A stretch of DNA of 64,000 nt from the human T2T-CHM13v2.0 reference genome, Homo sapiens, in assembly GCF_009914755.1 (NCBI RefSeq), contig NC_060943.1; one strand, given 5' to 3'. Below the pieces are notes generated by a model, which searched no databases, was not told the origin of the DNA, and worked only from the letters and a program-made list of their open reading frames with translations. The position numbers and the translations under genes are program-made. Below are positions 1 through 12,400 of the stretch, piece after piece. Every line of letters starts with the position of its first letter. The stretch's first letter is position 1.

Positions 1-44
1 CTGTTTGTAAAGTCTGCAAGTGGATATTCAGACATCCTTGAGGC

Positions 45-61
45 TTTCGTTGGAAACGGGA
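45..61 (+). promoter_or_regulatory. CENP-B box (first of ~189, one per dimer)
   Basis: TTTCGTTGGAAACGGGA matches the 17-bp box with core NTTCGNNNNANNCGGGN. It recurs every 340 bp (45+340n before the 1-bp insertion at ~1546, 46+340n after). Confidence 0.96.
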
Positions 62-118
62 TTTCTTCATATTCTGCTAGAAGGAAGAATTCTCAGTAAC
101 TTCCTTGTGTTGTGTGTA

Positions 119-137
119 TTCAACTCACAGAGTTGAA
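119..137. other. Perfect 8-bp inverted repeat with 3-nt spacer in the A monomer (recurs every 340 bp)
   Basis: TTCAACTC-ACA-GAGTTGAA; the arms are exact reverse complements. Confidence 0.9.
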
Positions 138-213
138 CGATCCTTTATACAGAGCAGACTTGAAACACTCTTTTTGTGGAATTTGCAAGTGGAGATTTCA
201 GCCGCTTTGAGGT

Positions 214-230
214 CAATGGTAGAAAAGGAA
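214..230 (-). promoter_or_regulatory. pJ-alpha-like A-box of the A-type monomer (one per dimer)
   Basis: Minus strand reads TTCCTTTTCTACCATTG here, and TTCCTATTCTACCATTG in most copies. This resembles the pJ-alpha motif at the position homologous to the CENP-B box. Confidence 0.65.
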
Positions 231-259
231 ATATCTTCGTATAAAAACTAGACAGAATG

Positions 260-428
260 ATTCTCAGAAACTCCTTTGTGATGTGTGCGTTCAACTCACA
301 GAGTTTAACCTTTCTTTTCATAGAGCAGTTAGGAAACACTCTGTTTGTAAAGTCTGCAAGTGGATATTCAGACCTCCTTGAGGCCTTCGTTGGAAACGGG
401 ATTTCTTCATATTATGCTAGACAGAAAA
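260..428 (+). repeat. Representative B-type (J2-like) monomer, 169 bp, with CENP-B box
   Basis: ATTCTCAG anchors at 260 and 429 are 169 bp apart. Contains CTTCGTTGGAAACGGGA at 385-401. Confidence 0.9.
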
Positions 429-3400
429 ATTCTCAGAAACTTCCTTGTGTTGTGTGTATTCAACTCACAGAGTTGAACGATCCTTTACACAGAGCAGACT
501 TGAAACACTCTTTTTGTGGAATTTGCAAGTGGAGATTTCAGCCGCTTTGAGGTCAATGGTAGAATAGGAAATATCTTCATATAGAAACTAGACAGAATGA
601 TTCTCAGAAACTCCTTTGTGATGTGTGCGTTCAACTCACACAGTTTAACCTTTCTTTTCATAGAGCAGTTAGGAAACACTCTGTTTGTAAAGTCTGCAAG
701 TGGATATTCAGACCTCCTTGAGGCATTCGTTGGAAACGGGATTTCTTCATATTATGCTAGACAGAAGAATTCTCAGTAACTTCCTTGTGTTGTGTGTATT
801 CAACTCACAGAGTTGAACGATCCTTTACACAGAGCAGACTTGAAACACTCTTTTTGTGGAATTTGCAAGTGGAGATTTCAGCCGCTTTGAGGTCAATGTT
901 AGAATAGGAAATATCTTCCTATAGAAACTAGACAGAATGATTCTCAGAACCTCCTTTGTGATGTGTGCGTTCAACTCACAGAGTTTAACCTTTCTTTTCA
1001 TAGAGCAGTTAGGAAACACTCTGTTTGTAAAGTCTGCAAGTGGATATTCAGACATCCTTGAGGCTTTCGTTGGAAACGGGATTTCTTCATATTCTGCTAG
1101 AAAGAAGAATTCTCAGTAACTTCCTTGTGTTGTGTGTATTCAACTCACAGAGTTGAACGAACCTTTATACAGAGCAGACTTGAAACACTCTTTTTGTGGA
1201 ATTTGCAAGTGGAGATTTCAGCCGCTTTGAGTTCAATGGTAGAAAAGGAAATATCTTCGTATAAAAACTAGACAGAATGATTCTCAGAAACTCCTTTGTG
1301 ATGTGTGCGTTCAACTCACAGAGTTTAACCTTTCTTTTCATAGAGCAGTTAGGAAACACTCTGTTTGTAAAGTCTGCAAGTGGATATTCAGACCTCCTTG
1401 AGGACTTCGTTGGAAACGGGATTTCTTCATATTATGCTAGACAGAAGAATTCTCAGTAACTTCCTTGTGTTGTGTGTATTCAACTCACAGAGTTGAACGA
1501 TCCTTTACACAGAGCAGACTTGAAACACTCTTTTTGTGGAATTTGCCAAGTGGAGATTTCAGCCGCTTTGAGGTCAATGGTAGAATAGGAAATATCTTCA
1601 TATAGAAACTAGACAGAATGATTCTCAGAAACTCCTTTGTGATGTGTGCGTTCAACTCACACAGTTTAACCTTTCTTTTCATAGAGCAGTTAGGAAACAC
1701 TCTGTTTGTAAAGTCTGCAAGTGGATATTCAGACCTCCTTGAGGCATTCGTTGGAAACGGGATTTCTTCATATTATGCTAGACAGAAGAATTCTCAGTAA
1801 CTTCCTTGTGTTGTGTGTATTCAACTCACAGAGTTGAACGATCCTTTACACAGAGCAGACTTGAAACACTCTTTTTGTGGAATTTGCAAGTGGAGATTTC
1901 AGCCGCTTTGAGGTCAATGTTAGAATAGGAAATATCTTCCTATAGAAACTAGACAGAATGATTCTCAGAACCTCCTTTGTGATGTGTGCGTTCAACTCAC
2001 AGAGTTTAACCTTTCTTTTCATAGAGCAGTTAGGAAACACTCTGTTTGTAAAGTCTGCAAGTGGATATTCAGACATCCTTGAGGCTTTCGTTGGAAACGG
2101 GATTTCTTCATATTCTGCTAGAAAGAAGAATTCTCAGTAACTTCCTTGTGTTGTGTGTATTCAACTCACAGAGTTGAACGATCCTTTACACAGAGCAGAC
2201 TTGAAACACTCTTTTTGTGGAATTTGCAAGTGGAGATTTCAGCCGCTTTGAGTTCAATGGTAGAATAGGAAATATCTTCCTATAGAAACTAGACAGAATT
2301 ATTCTCAGAAACTCCTTTGTGATGTGTGCGTTCAACTCACAGAGTTTAACCTTTCTTTTCATAGAGCAGTTGGGAAACACTCTGTTTGTAAAGTCTGCAA
2401 GTGGATATTCAGACATCCTTGAGGCTTTCGTTGGAAACGGGATTTCTTCATATTCTGCTAGAAAGAAGAATTCTCAGTAACTTCCTTGTGTTGTGTGTAT
2501 TCAACTCACAGAGTTGAACGATCCTTTACACAGAGCAGACTTGAAACACTCTTTTTGTGGAATTTGCAAGTGGAGATTTCAGCCGCTTTGAGGTCAATGG
2601 TAGAATAGGAAATATCTTCCTATAGAAAGTAGACAGAATGATTCTCAGAAACTCCTTTGTGATGTGTGCGTTCAACTCACAGAGTTTAACCTTTCTTTTC
2701 ATAGAGCAGTTAGGAAACACTCTGTTTGTAAAGTCTGCAAGTGGATATTCAGACCTCCTTGAGGCCTTCGTTGGAAACGGGATTTCTTCATATTATGCTA
2801 GACAGAAGAATTCTCAGTAACTTCCTTGTGTTGTGTGTATTCAACTCACAGAGTTGAACGATCCTTTACACAGAGCAGACTTGAAACACTCTTTTTGTGG
2901 AATTTGCAAGTGGAGATTTCAGCCGCTTTGAGTTCAATGGGAGAATAGGAAATATCTTCCTATAGAAACTAGACAGAATGATTCTCAGAAACTCCTTTGT
3001 GATGTGTGCGTTCAACTCACAGAGTTCAACCTTTCTTTTAATAGAGCAGTTGGGAAACACTCTGTTTGTAAAGTCTGCAAGTGGATATTCAGACTTCTTT
3101 GAGGCCTTCGTTGGAAGCGGGATTTCTTCATATTCGGCTAGACAGAAGAATTCTCAGTAACTTCCTTGTGTTGTGTGTATTCAACTCACAGAGTTGAACG
3201 ATCCTTTACACAGAGCAGACTTGAAACACTCTTTTTGTGGAATTTGCAAGTGGAGATTTCAGCCGCTTTGAGGTCAATGGTAGAATAGGAAATATCTTCC
3301 TATAGAAACTAGACAGAATGATTCTCAGAAACTCCTTTGTGATGTGTGCGTTCAACTCACAGAGTTTAACCTTTCTTTTCATAGAGCAGTTGGGAAACAC

Positions 3401-6400
3401 TCTGTTTGTAAAGTCTGCAAGTGGATATTCAGACATCCTTGAGGCTTTCGTTGGAAACGGGATTTCTTCATATTCTGCTAGAAAGAAGAATTCTCAGTAA
3501 CTTCCTTGTGTTGTGTGTATTCAACTCACAGAGTTGAACGATCCTTTACACAGAGCAGACTTGAAACACTCTTTTTGTGGAATTTGCAAGTGGAGATTTC
3601 AGCCGCTTTGAGTTCAATGGTAGAATAGGAAATATCTTCCTATAGAAACTAGACAGAATGATTCTCAGAAACTCCTTTGTGATGTGTGCGTTCAACTCAC
3701 AGAGTTCAACCTTTCTTTTCATAGAGCAGTTGGGAAACACTCTGTTTGTAAAGTCTGCAAGTGGATATTCAGACTTCTTTGAGGCCTTCGTTGGAAGCGG
3801 GATTTCTTCATATTCTGCTAGACAGAAGAATTCTCAGTAACTGCCTTGTGTTGTGTGTATTCAACTCACAGAGTTGAACGATCCTTTACACAGAGCAGAC
3901 TTGAAACACTCTTTTTGTGGAATTTGCAAGTGGAGATTTCAGCCGCTTTGAGGTCAATGGTAGAATAGGAAATATCTTCCTATAGAAACTAGACAGAATG
4001 ATTCTCAGAAACTCCTTTGTGATGTGTGCGTTCAACTCACAGAGTTTACCCTTTCTTTTCATAGAGCAGTTAGGAAACACTCTGTTTGTAAAGTCTGCAA
4101 GTGGATATTCAGACATCCTTGAGGCTTTCGTTGGAAACGGGATTTCTTCATATTCTGCTAGAAAGAAGAATTCTCAGTAACTTCCTTGTGTTGTGTGTAT
4201 TCAACTCACAGAGTTGAACGATCCTTTACACAGAGCAGACTTGAAACACTCTTTTTGTGGAATTTGCAAGTGGAGATTTCAGCCGCTTTGAGGTCAATGG
4301 TAGAATAGGAAATATCTTCCTATAGAAACTAGACAGAATGATTCTCAGAAACTCCTTTGTGATGTGTGCGTTCAACTCACAGAGTTTAACCTTTCTTTTC
4401 ATAGAGCAGTTAGGAAACACTCTGTTTGTAAAGTCTGCAAGTGGATATTCAGACATCCTTGAGGCTTTCGTTGGAAACGGGATTTCTTCATATTCTGCTA
4501 GAAAGAAGAATTCTCAGTAACTTCCTTGTGTTGTGTGTATTCAACTCACAGAGTTGAACGATCCTTTACACAGAGCAGACTTGAAACACTCTTTTTGTGG
4601 AATTTGCAAGTGGAGATTTCAGCCGCTTTGAGGTCAATGGTAGAATAGGAAATATCTTCCTATAGAAACTAGGCAGAATGATTCTCAGAAACTCCTTTGT
4701 GATGTGTGCGTTCAACTCACAGAGTTTAACCTTTCTTTTCATAGAGCAGTTGGGAAACACTCTGTTTGTAAAGTCTGCAAGTGGATATTCAGACATCCTT
4801 GAGGCATTCGTTGGAAACGGGATTTCTTCATATTATGCTAGACAGAAGAATTCTCAGTAACTTCCTTGTGTTGTGTGTATTCAACTCACAGAGATGAACG
4901 ATCCTTTACACAGAGCAGACTTGAAACACTCTTTTTGTGGAATTTGCAAGTGGAGATTTCAGCCGCTTTGAGGTCAATGGTAGAATAGGAAATATCTTCC
5001 TATAGAAACGAGACAGAATGATTCTCAGAAACTCCTTTGTGATGTGTGCGTTCAACTCACACAGTTCAACCTTTCTTTTCATAGAGCAGTTGGGAAACAC
5101 TCTGTTTGTAAAGTCTGCAAGTGGATATTCAGACTTCTTTGAGGCCTTCGTTGGAAGCGGGATTTCTTCATGTTCTGCTAGACAGAAGAATTCTCAGTAA
5201 CTGCCTTGTGTTGTGTGTATTCAACTCACAGAGTTGAACGATCCTTTACACAGAGCAGACTTGAAACACTCTTTTTGTGGAATTTGCAAGTGGAGATTTC
5301 AGCCGCTTTGAGGTCAATGGTAGAATAGGAAATATCTTCCTATAGAAACTAGACAGAATGATTCTGAGAAACTCCTTTGTGATGTGTGCGTTCAACTCAC
5401 ACAGTTTAACCTTTCTTTTCATAGAGCAGTTAGGAAACACTCTGTTTGTAAAGTCTGCAAGTGGATATTCAGACCTCCTTGAGGCCTTCGTTGGAAACGG
5501 GATTTCTTCATATTATGCTAGACAGAAGAATTCTCAGTAACTTCCTTGTGTTGTGTGTATTCAACTCACAGAGTTGAACGATCCTTTACACAGAGCAGAC
5601 TTGAAACACTCTTTTTGTGGAATTTGCAAGTGGAGATTTCAGCCGCTTTGAGTTCAATGGTAGAATAGGAAATATCTTCCTATAGAAACTAGACAGAATG
5701 ATTCTCAGAAACTCCTTTGTGATGTGTGCGTTCAACTCACAGAGTTCAACCTTTCTTTTCATAGAGCAGTTGGGAAACACTCTGTTTGTAAAGTCTGCAA
5801 GTGGATATTCAGACTTCTTTGAGGCCTTCGTTGGAAGCGGGATTTCTTCATGTTCTGCTAGACAGAAGAATTCTCAGAAACTTCCTTGTGTTGTGTGTTT
5901 TCAACTCACAGAGTTGAACGATCCTTTACACAGAGCAGACTTGAAACACTCTTTTTGTGGAATTTGCAAGTGGAGATTTCAGCCGCTTTGAGGTCAATGG
6001 TAGAATAGGAAATATCTTCCTATAGAAACTAGACAGAATGATTCTCAGAAACTCCTTTGTGATGTGTGCGTTCAACTCACAGAGTTTAACCTTTCTTTTC
6101 ATAGAGCAGTTGGGAAACACTCTGTTTGTAAAGTCTGCAAGTGGATATTCAGACATCCTTGAGGCTTTCGTTGGAAACGGGATTTCTTCATATTCTGCTA
6201 GAAAGAAGAATTCTCAGTAACTTCCTTGTGTTGTGTGTATTCAACTCACAGAGTTGAACGATCCTTTACACAGAGCAGACTTGAAACACTCTTTTTGTGG
6301 AATTTGCAAGTGGAGATTTCAGCCGCTTTGAGTTCAATGGTAGAATAGGAAATATCTTCCTATAGAAACTAGACAGAATGATTCTCAGAAACTCCTTTGT

Positions 6401-9400
6401 GATGTGTGCGTTCAACTCACAGAGTTCAACCTTTCTTTTCATAGAGCAGTTGGGAAACACTCTGTTTGTAAAGTCTGCAAGTGGATATTCAGACTTCTTT
6501 GAGGCCTTCGTTGGAAGCGGGATTTCTTCATATTCTGCTAGACAGAAGAATTCTCAGTAACTGCCTTGTGTTGTGTGTATTCAACTCACAGAGTTGAACG
6601 ATCCTTTACACAGAGCAGACTTGAAACACTCTTTTTGTGGAATTTGCAAGTGGAGATTTCAGCCGCTTTGAGGTCAATGGTAGAATAGGAAATATCTTCC
6701 TATAGAAACTAGACAGAATGATTCTCAGAAACTCCTTTGTGATGTGTGCGTTCAACTCACAGAGTTTACCCTTTCTTTTCATAGAGCAGTTAGGAAACAC
6801 TCTGTTTGTAAAGTCTGCAAGTGGATATTCAGACATCCTTGAGGCTTTCGTTGGAAACGGGATTTCTTCATATTCTGCTAGAAAGAAGAATTCTCAGTAA
6901 CTTCCTTGTGTTGTGTGTATTCAACTCACAGAGTTGAACGATCCTTTACACAGAGCAGACTTGAAACACTCTTTTTGTGGAATTTGCAAGTGGAGATTTC
7001 AGCCGCTTTGAGGTCAATGGTAGAATAGGAAATATCTTCCTATAGAAACTAGACAGAATGATTCTCAGAAACTCCTTTGTGATGTGTGCGTTCAACTCAC
7101 AGAGTTCAACCTTTCTTTTCATAGAGCAGTTGGGAAACACTCTGTTTGTAAAGTCTGCAAGTGGATATTCAGACTTCTTTGAGGCCTTCGTTGGAAGCGG
7201 GATTTCTTCATGTTCTGCTAGACAGAAGAATTCTCAGTAACTGCCTTGTGTTGTGTGTATTCAACTCACAGAGTTGAACGATCCTTTACACAGAGCAGAC
7301 TTGAAACACTCCTTTTGTGGAATTTGCAAGTGGAGATTTCAGCCGCTTTGAGGTCAATGGTAGAATAGGAAATATCTTCCTATAGAAACTAGACAGAATG
7401 ATTCTCAGAAACTCCTTTGTGATGTGTGCGTTCAACTCACAGAGTTTACCCTTTCTTTTCATAGAGCAGTTAGGAAACACTCTGTTTGTAAAGTCTGCAA
7501 GTGGATATTCAGACATCCTTGAGGCTTTCGTTGGAAACGGGATTTCTTCATATTCTGCTAGAAAGAAGAATTCTCAGTAACTTCCTTGTGTTGTGTGTAT
7601 TCAACTCACAGAGTTGAACGATCCTTTACACAGAGCAGACTTGAAACACTCTTTTTGTGGAATTTGCAAGTGGAGATTTCAGCCGCTTTGAGGTCAATGG
7701 TAGAATAGGAAATATCTTCCTATAGAAACTAGACAGAATGATTCTCAGAAACTCCTTTGTGATGTGTGCGTTCAACTCACAGAGTTTAACCTTTCTTTTC
7801 ATAGAGCAGTTAGGAAACACTCTGTTTGTAAAGTCTGCAAGTGGATATTCAGACATCCTTGAGGCTTTCGTTGGAAACGGGATTTCTTCATATTCTGCTA
7901 GAAAGAAGAATTCTCAGTAACTTCCTTGTGTTGTGTGTATTCAACTCACAGAGTTGAACGATCCTTTACACAGAGCAGACTTGAAACACTCTTTTTGTGG
8001 AATTTGCAAGTGGAGATTTCAGCCGCTTTGAGGTCAATGGTAGAATAGGAAATATCTTCCGATAGAAACTAGGCAGAATGATTCTCAGAAACTCCTTTGT
8101 GATGTGTGCGTTCAACTCACAGAGTTTAACCTTTCTTTTCATAGAGCAGTTGGGAAACACTCTGTTTGTAAAGTCTGCAAGTGGATATTCAGACATCCTT
8201 GAGGCATTCGTTGGAAACGGGATTTCTTCATATTATGCTAGACAGAAGAATTCTCAGTAACTTCCTTGTGTTGTGTGTATTCAACTCACAGAGATGAACG
8301 ATCCTTTACACAGAGCAGACTTGAAACACTCTTTTTGTGGAATTTGCAAGTGGAGATTTCAGCCGCTTTGAGGTCAATGGTAGAATAGGAAATATCTTCC
8401 TATAGAAACGAGACAGAATGATTCTCAGAAACTCCTTTGTGATGTGTGCGTTCAACTCACACAGTTCAACCTTTCTTTTCATAGAGCAGTTGGGAAACAC
8501 TCTGTTTGTAAAGTCTGCAAGTGGATATTCAGACTTCTTTGAGGCCTTCGTTGGAAGCGGGATTTCTTCATGTTCTGCTAGACAGAAGAATTCTCAGTAA
8601 CTGCCTTGTGTTGTGTGTATTCAACTCACAGAGTTGAACGATCCTTTACACAGAGCAGACTTGAAACACTCTTTTTGTGGAATTTGCAAGTGGAGATTTC
8701 AGCCGCTTTGAGGTCAATGGTAGAATAGGAAATATCTTCCTATAGAAACTAGACAGAATGATTCTGAGAAACTCCTTTGTGATGTGTGCGTTCAACTCAC
8801 ACAGTTTAACCTTTCTTTTCATAGAGCAGTTAGGAAACACTCTGTTTGTAAAGTCTGCAAGTGGATATTCAGACCTCCTTGAGGCCTTCGTTGGAAACGG
8901 GATTTCTTCATATTATGCTAGACAGAAGAATTCTCAGTAACTTCCTTGTGTTGTGTGTATTCAACTCACAGAGTTGAACGATCCTTTACACAGAGCAGAC
9001 TTGAAACACTCTTTTTGTGGAATTTGCAAGTGGAGATTTCAGCCGCTTTGAGTTCAATGGTAGAATAGGAAATATCTTCCTATAGAAACTAGACAGAATG
9101 ATTCTCAGAAACTCCTTTGTGATGTGTGCGTTCAACTCACAGAGTTCAACCTTTCTTTTCATAGAGCAGTTGGGAAACACTCTGTTTGTAAAGTCTGCAA
9201 GTGGATATTCAGACTTCTTTGAGGCCTTCGTTGGAAGCGGGATTTCTTCATGTTCTGCTAGACAGAAGAATTCTCAGAAACTTCCTTGTGTTGTGTGTTT
9301 TCAACTCACAGAGTTGAACGATCCTTTACACAGAGCAGACTTGAAACACTCTTTTTGTGGAATTTGCAAGTGGAGATTTCAGCCGCTTTGAGGTCAATGG

Positions 9401-12400
9401 TAGAATAGGAAATATCTTCCTATAGAAACTAGACAGAATGATTCTCAGAAACTCCTTTGTGATGTGTGCGTTCAACTCACAGAGTTTAACCTTTCTTTTC
9501 ATAGAGCAGTTAGGAAACACTCTGTTTGTAAAATCTGCAAGTAGATATTCAGACATCTATGAGGCCTTCGTTGGAAACGGGATTTCTTCATGTTCTGCTA
9601 GACAGAAGAATTCTCAGAAACTTCCTTGTGTTGTGTGTTTTCAACTCACAGAGTTGAACGATGCTTTACACAGAGTAGACCTGAAACACTCTTTTTGTGT
9701 AATTTGCAAGTGGAGATTTCAGCCGCTTTGAGGTCAATGGTAGAAAAGGAAATATCTTCGTATAAAAACTAGACAGAATGATTCTCAGAAACTCCTTTGT
9801 GATGTGTGCGTTCAACTCACAGAGTTTAACCTTTCTTTTCATAGAGCAGTTAGGAAACACTCTGTTTGTAAAGTCTGCAAGTGGATATTCAGACATCCTT
9901 GAGGCTTTCGTTGGAAACGGGATTTCTTCATATTCTGCTAGAAAGAAGAATTCTCAGTAACTTCCTTGTGTTGTGTGTATTCAACTCACAGAGTTGAACG
10001 ATCCTTTACACTCAGCAGACTTGAAACACTCTTTTTGTGGAATTTGCAAGTGGAGATTTCAGCCGCTTTGAGGTCAATGGTAGAATAGGAAATATCTTCC
10101 TATAGAAACTAGACAGAATGATTCTCAGAAACTCCTTTGTGATGTGTGCGTTCAACTCACAGAGTTTATCCTTTCTTTTCATAGAGCAGTTAGGAAACAC
10201 TCTGTTTGTAAAGTCTGCATGTGGATATTCAGACATCTTTGAGGCCTTCGTTGGAAACGGGATTTCTTCATGTTCTGCTAGACAGAAGAATTCTCAGAAA
10301 CTTCCTTGTGTTGTGTGTTTTCAACTCACAGAGTTGAACGATGCTTTACACAGAGTAGACTTGAAACACTCTTTTTGTGTAATTTGCAAGTGGAGATTTC
10401 AGCCGCTTTGAGGTCAATGGTAGAAAAGGAAATATCTTCGTATAAAAACTAGACAGAATGATTCTCAGAAACTCCTTTGTGATGTGTGCGTTCAACTCAC
10501 AGAGTTTAACCTTTCTTTTCATAGAGCAGTTAGGAAACACTCTGTTTGTAAAGTCTGCAAGTGGATATTCAGACCTCCTTGAGGACTTCGTTGGAAACGG
10601 GATTTCTTCATATTATGCTAGACAGAAGAATTCTCAGTAACTTCCTTGTGTTGTGTGTATTCAACTCACAGAGTTGAACGATCCTTTACACAGAGCAGAC
10701 TTGAAACACTCTTTTTGTGGAATTTGCAAGTGGAGATTTCAGCCGCTTTGAGGTCAATGGTAGAATAGGAAATATCTTCATATAGAAACTAGACAGAATG
10801 ATTCTCAGAAACTCCTTTGTGATGTGTGCGTTCAACTCACACAGTTTAACCTTTCTTTTCATAGAGCAGTTAGAAAACACTCTGTTTGTAAAGTCTGCAA
10901 GTGGATATTCAGACCTCCTTGAGGCATTCGTTGGAAACGGGATTTCTTCATATTATGCTAGACAGAAGAATTCTCAGTAACTTCCTTGTGTTGTGTGTAT
11001 TCAACTCACAGAGTTGAACGATCCTTTACACAGAGCAGACTTGAAACACTCTTTTTGTGGAATTTGCAAGTGGAGATTTCAGCCGCTTTGAGGTCAATGT
11101 TAGAATAGGAAATATCTTCCTATAGAAACTAGACAGATTGATTCTCAGAACCTCCTTTGTGATGTGTGCGTTCAACTCACAGAGTTTAACCTTTCTTTTC
11201 ATAGAGCAGTTAGGAAACACTCTGTTTGTAAAGTCTGCAAGTGGATATTCAGACATCCTTGAGGCTTTCGTTGGAAACGGGATTTCTTCATATTCTGCTA
11301 GAAAGAAGAATTCTCAGTAACTTCCTTGTGTTGTGTGTATTCAACTCACAGAGTTGAACGATCCTTTACACAGAGCAGACTTGAAACACTCTTTTTGTGG
11401 AATTTGCAAGTGGAGATTTCAGCCGCTTTGAGTTCAATGGTAGAATAGGAAATATCTTCCTATAGAAACTAGACAGAATGATTCTCAGAAACTCCTTTGT
11501 GATGTGTGCGTTCAACTCACAGAGTTTAACCTTTCTTTTCATAGAGCAGTTGGGAAACACTCTGTTTGTAAAGTCTGCAAGTGGATATTCAGACATCCTT
11601 GAGGCTTTCGTTGGAAACGGGATTTCTTCATATTCTGCTAGAAAGAAGAATTCTCAGTAACTTCCTTGTGTTGTGTGTATTCAACTCACAGAGTTGAACG
11701 ATCCTTTACACAGAGCAGACTTGAAACACTCTTTTTGTGGAATTTGCAAGTGGAGATTTCAGCCGCTTTGAGGTCAATGGTAGAATAGGAAATATCTTCC
11801 TATAGAAACTAGACAGAATGATTCTCAGAAACTCCTTTGTGATGTGTGCGTTCAACTCACAGAGTTCAACCTTTCTTTTAATAGAGCAGTTGGGAAACAC
11901 TCTGTTTGTAAAGTCTGCAAGTGGATATTCAGACTTCTTTGAGGCCTTCGTTGGAAGCGGGATTTCTTCATATTCGGCTAGACAGAAGAATTCTCAGTAA
12001 CTTCCTTGTGTTGTGTGTATTCAACTCACAGAGTTGAACGATCCTTTACACAGAGCAGACTTGAAACACTCTTTTTGTGGAATTTGCAAGTGGAGATTTC
12101 AGCCGCTTTGAGGTCAATGGTAGAATAGGAAATATCTTCCTATAGAAATTAGACAGAATGATTCTCAGAAACTCCTTTGTGATGTGTGCGTTCAACTCAC
12201 AGAGTTTAACCTTTCTTTTCATAGAGCAGTTGGGAAACACTCTGTTTGTAAAGTCTGCAAGTGGATATTCAGACATCCTTGAGGCTTTCGTTGGAAACGG
12301 GATTTCTTCATATTCTGCTAGAAAGAAGAATTCTCAGTAACTTCCTTGTGTTGTGTGTATTCAACTCACAGAGTTGAACGATCCTTTACACAGAGCAGAC

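Larger units (their letters stand above)
89..259 (+). repeat. Representative A-type (J1-like) monomer, 171 bp, no CENP-B box
   Basis: Distance between successive ATTCTCAG anchors at 89 and 260 is 171 bp. It carries CAATGGTAGAA(A/T)AGGAA where B monomers have the CENP-B box. Confidence 0.9.

Noticed and set aside
2298-2300. Gaps in the plus-strand ORF series (2298, 16238, 18958, 37318, 43778)
   Set aside because: They are caused by single substitutions (ATG>ATT; TAT>TAA), not by structural interruptions.
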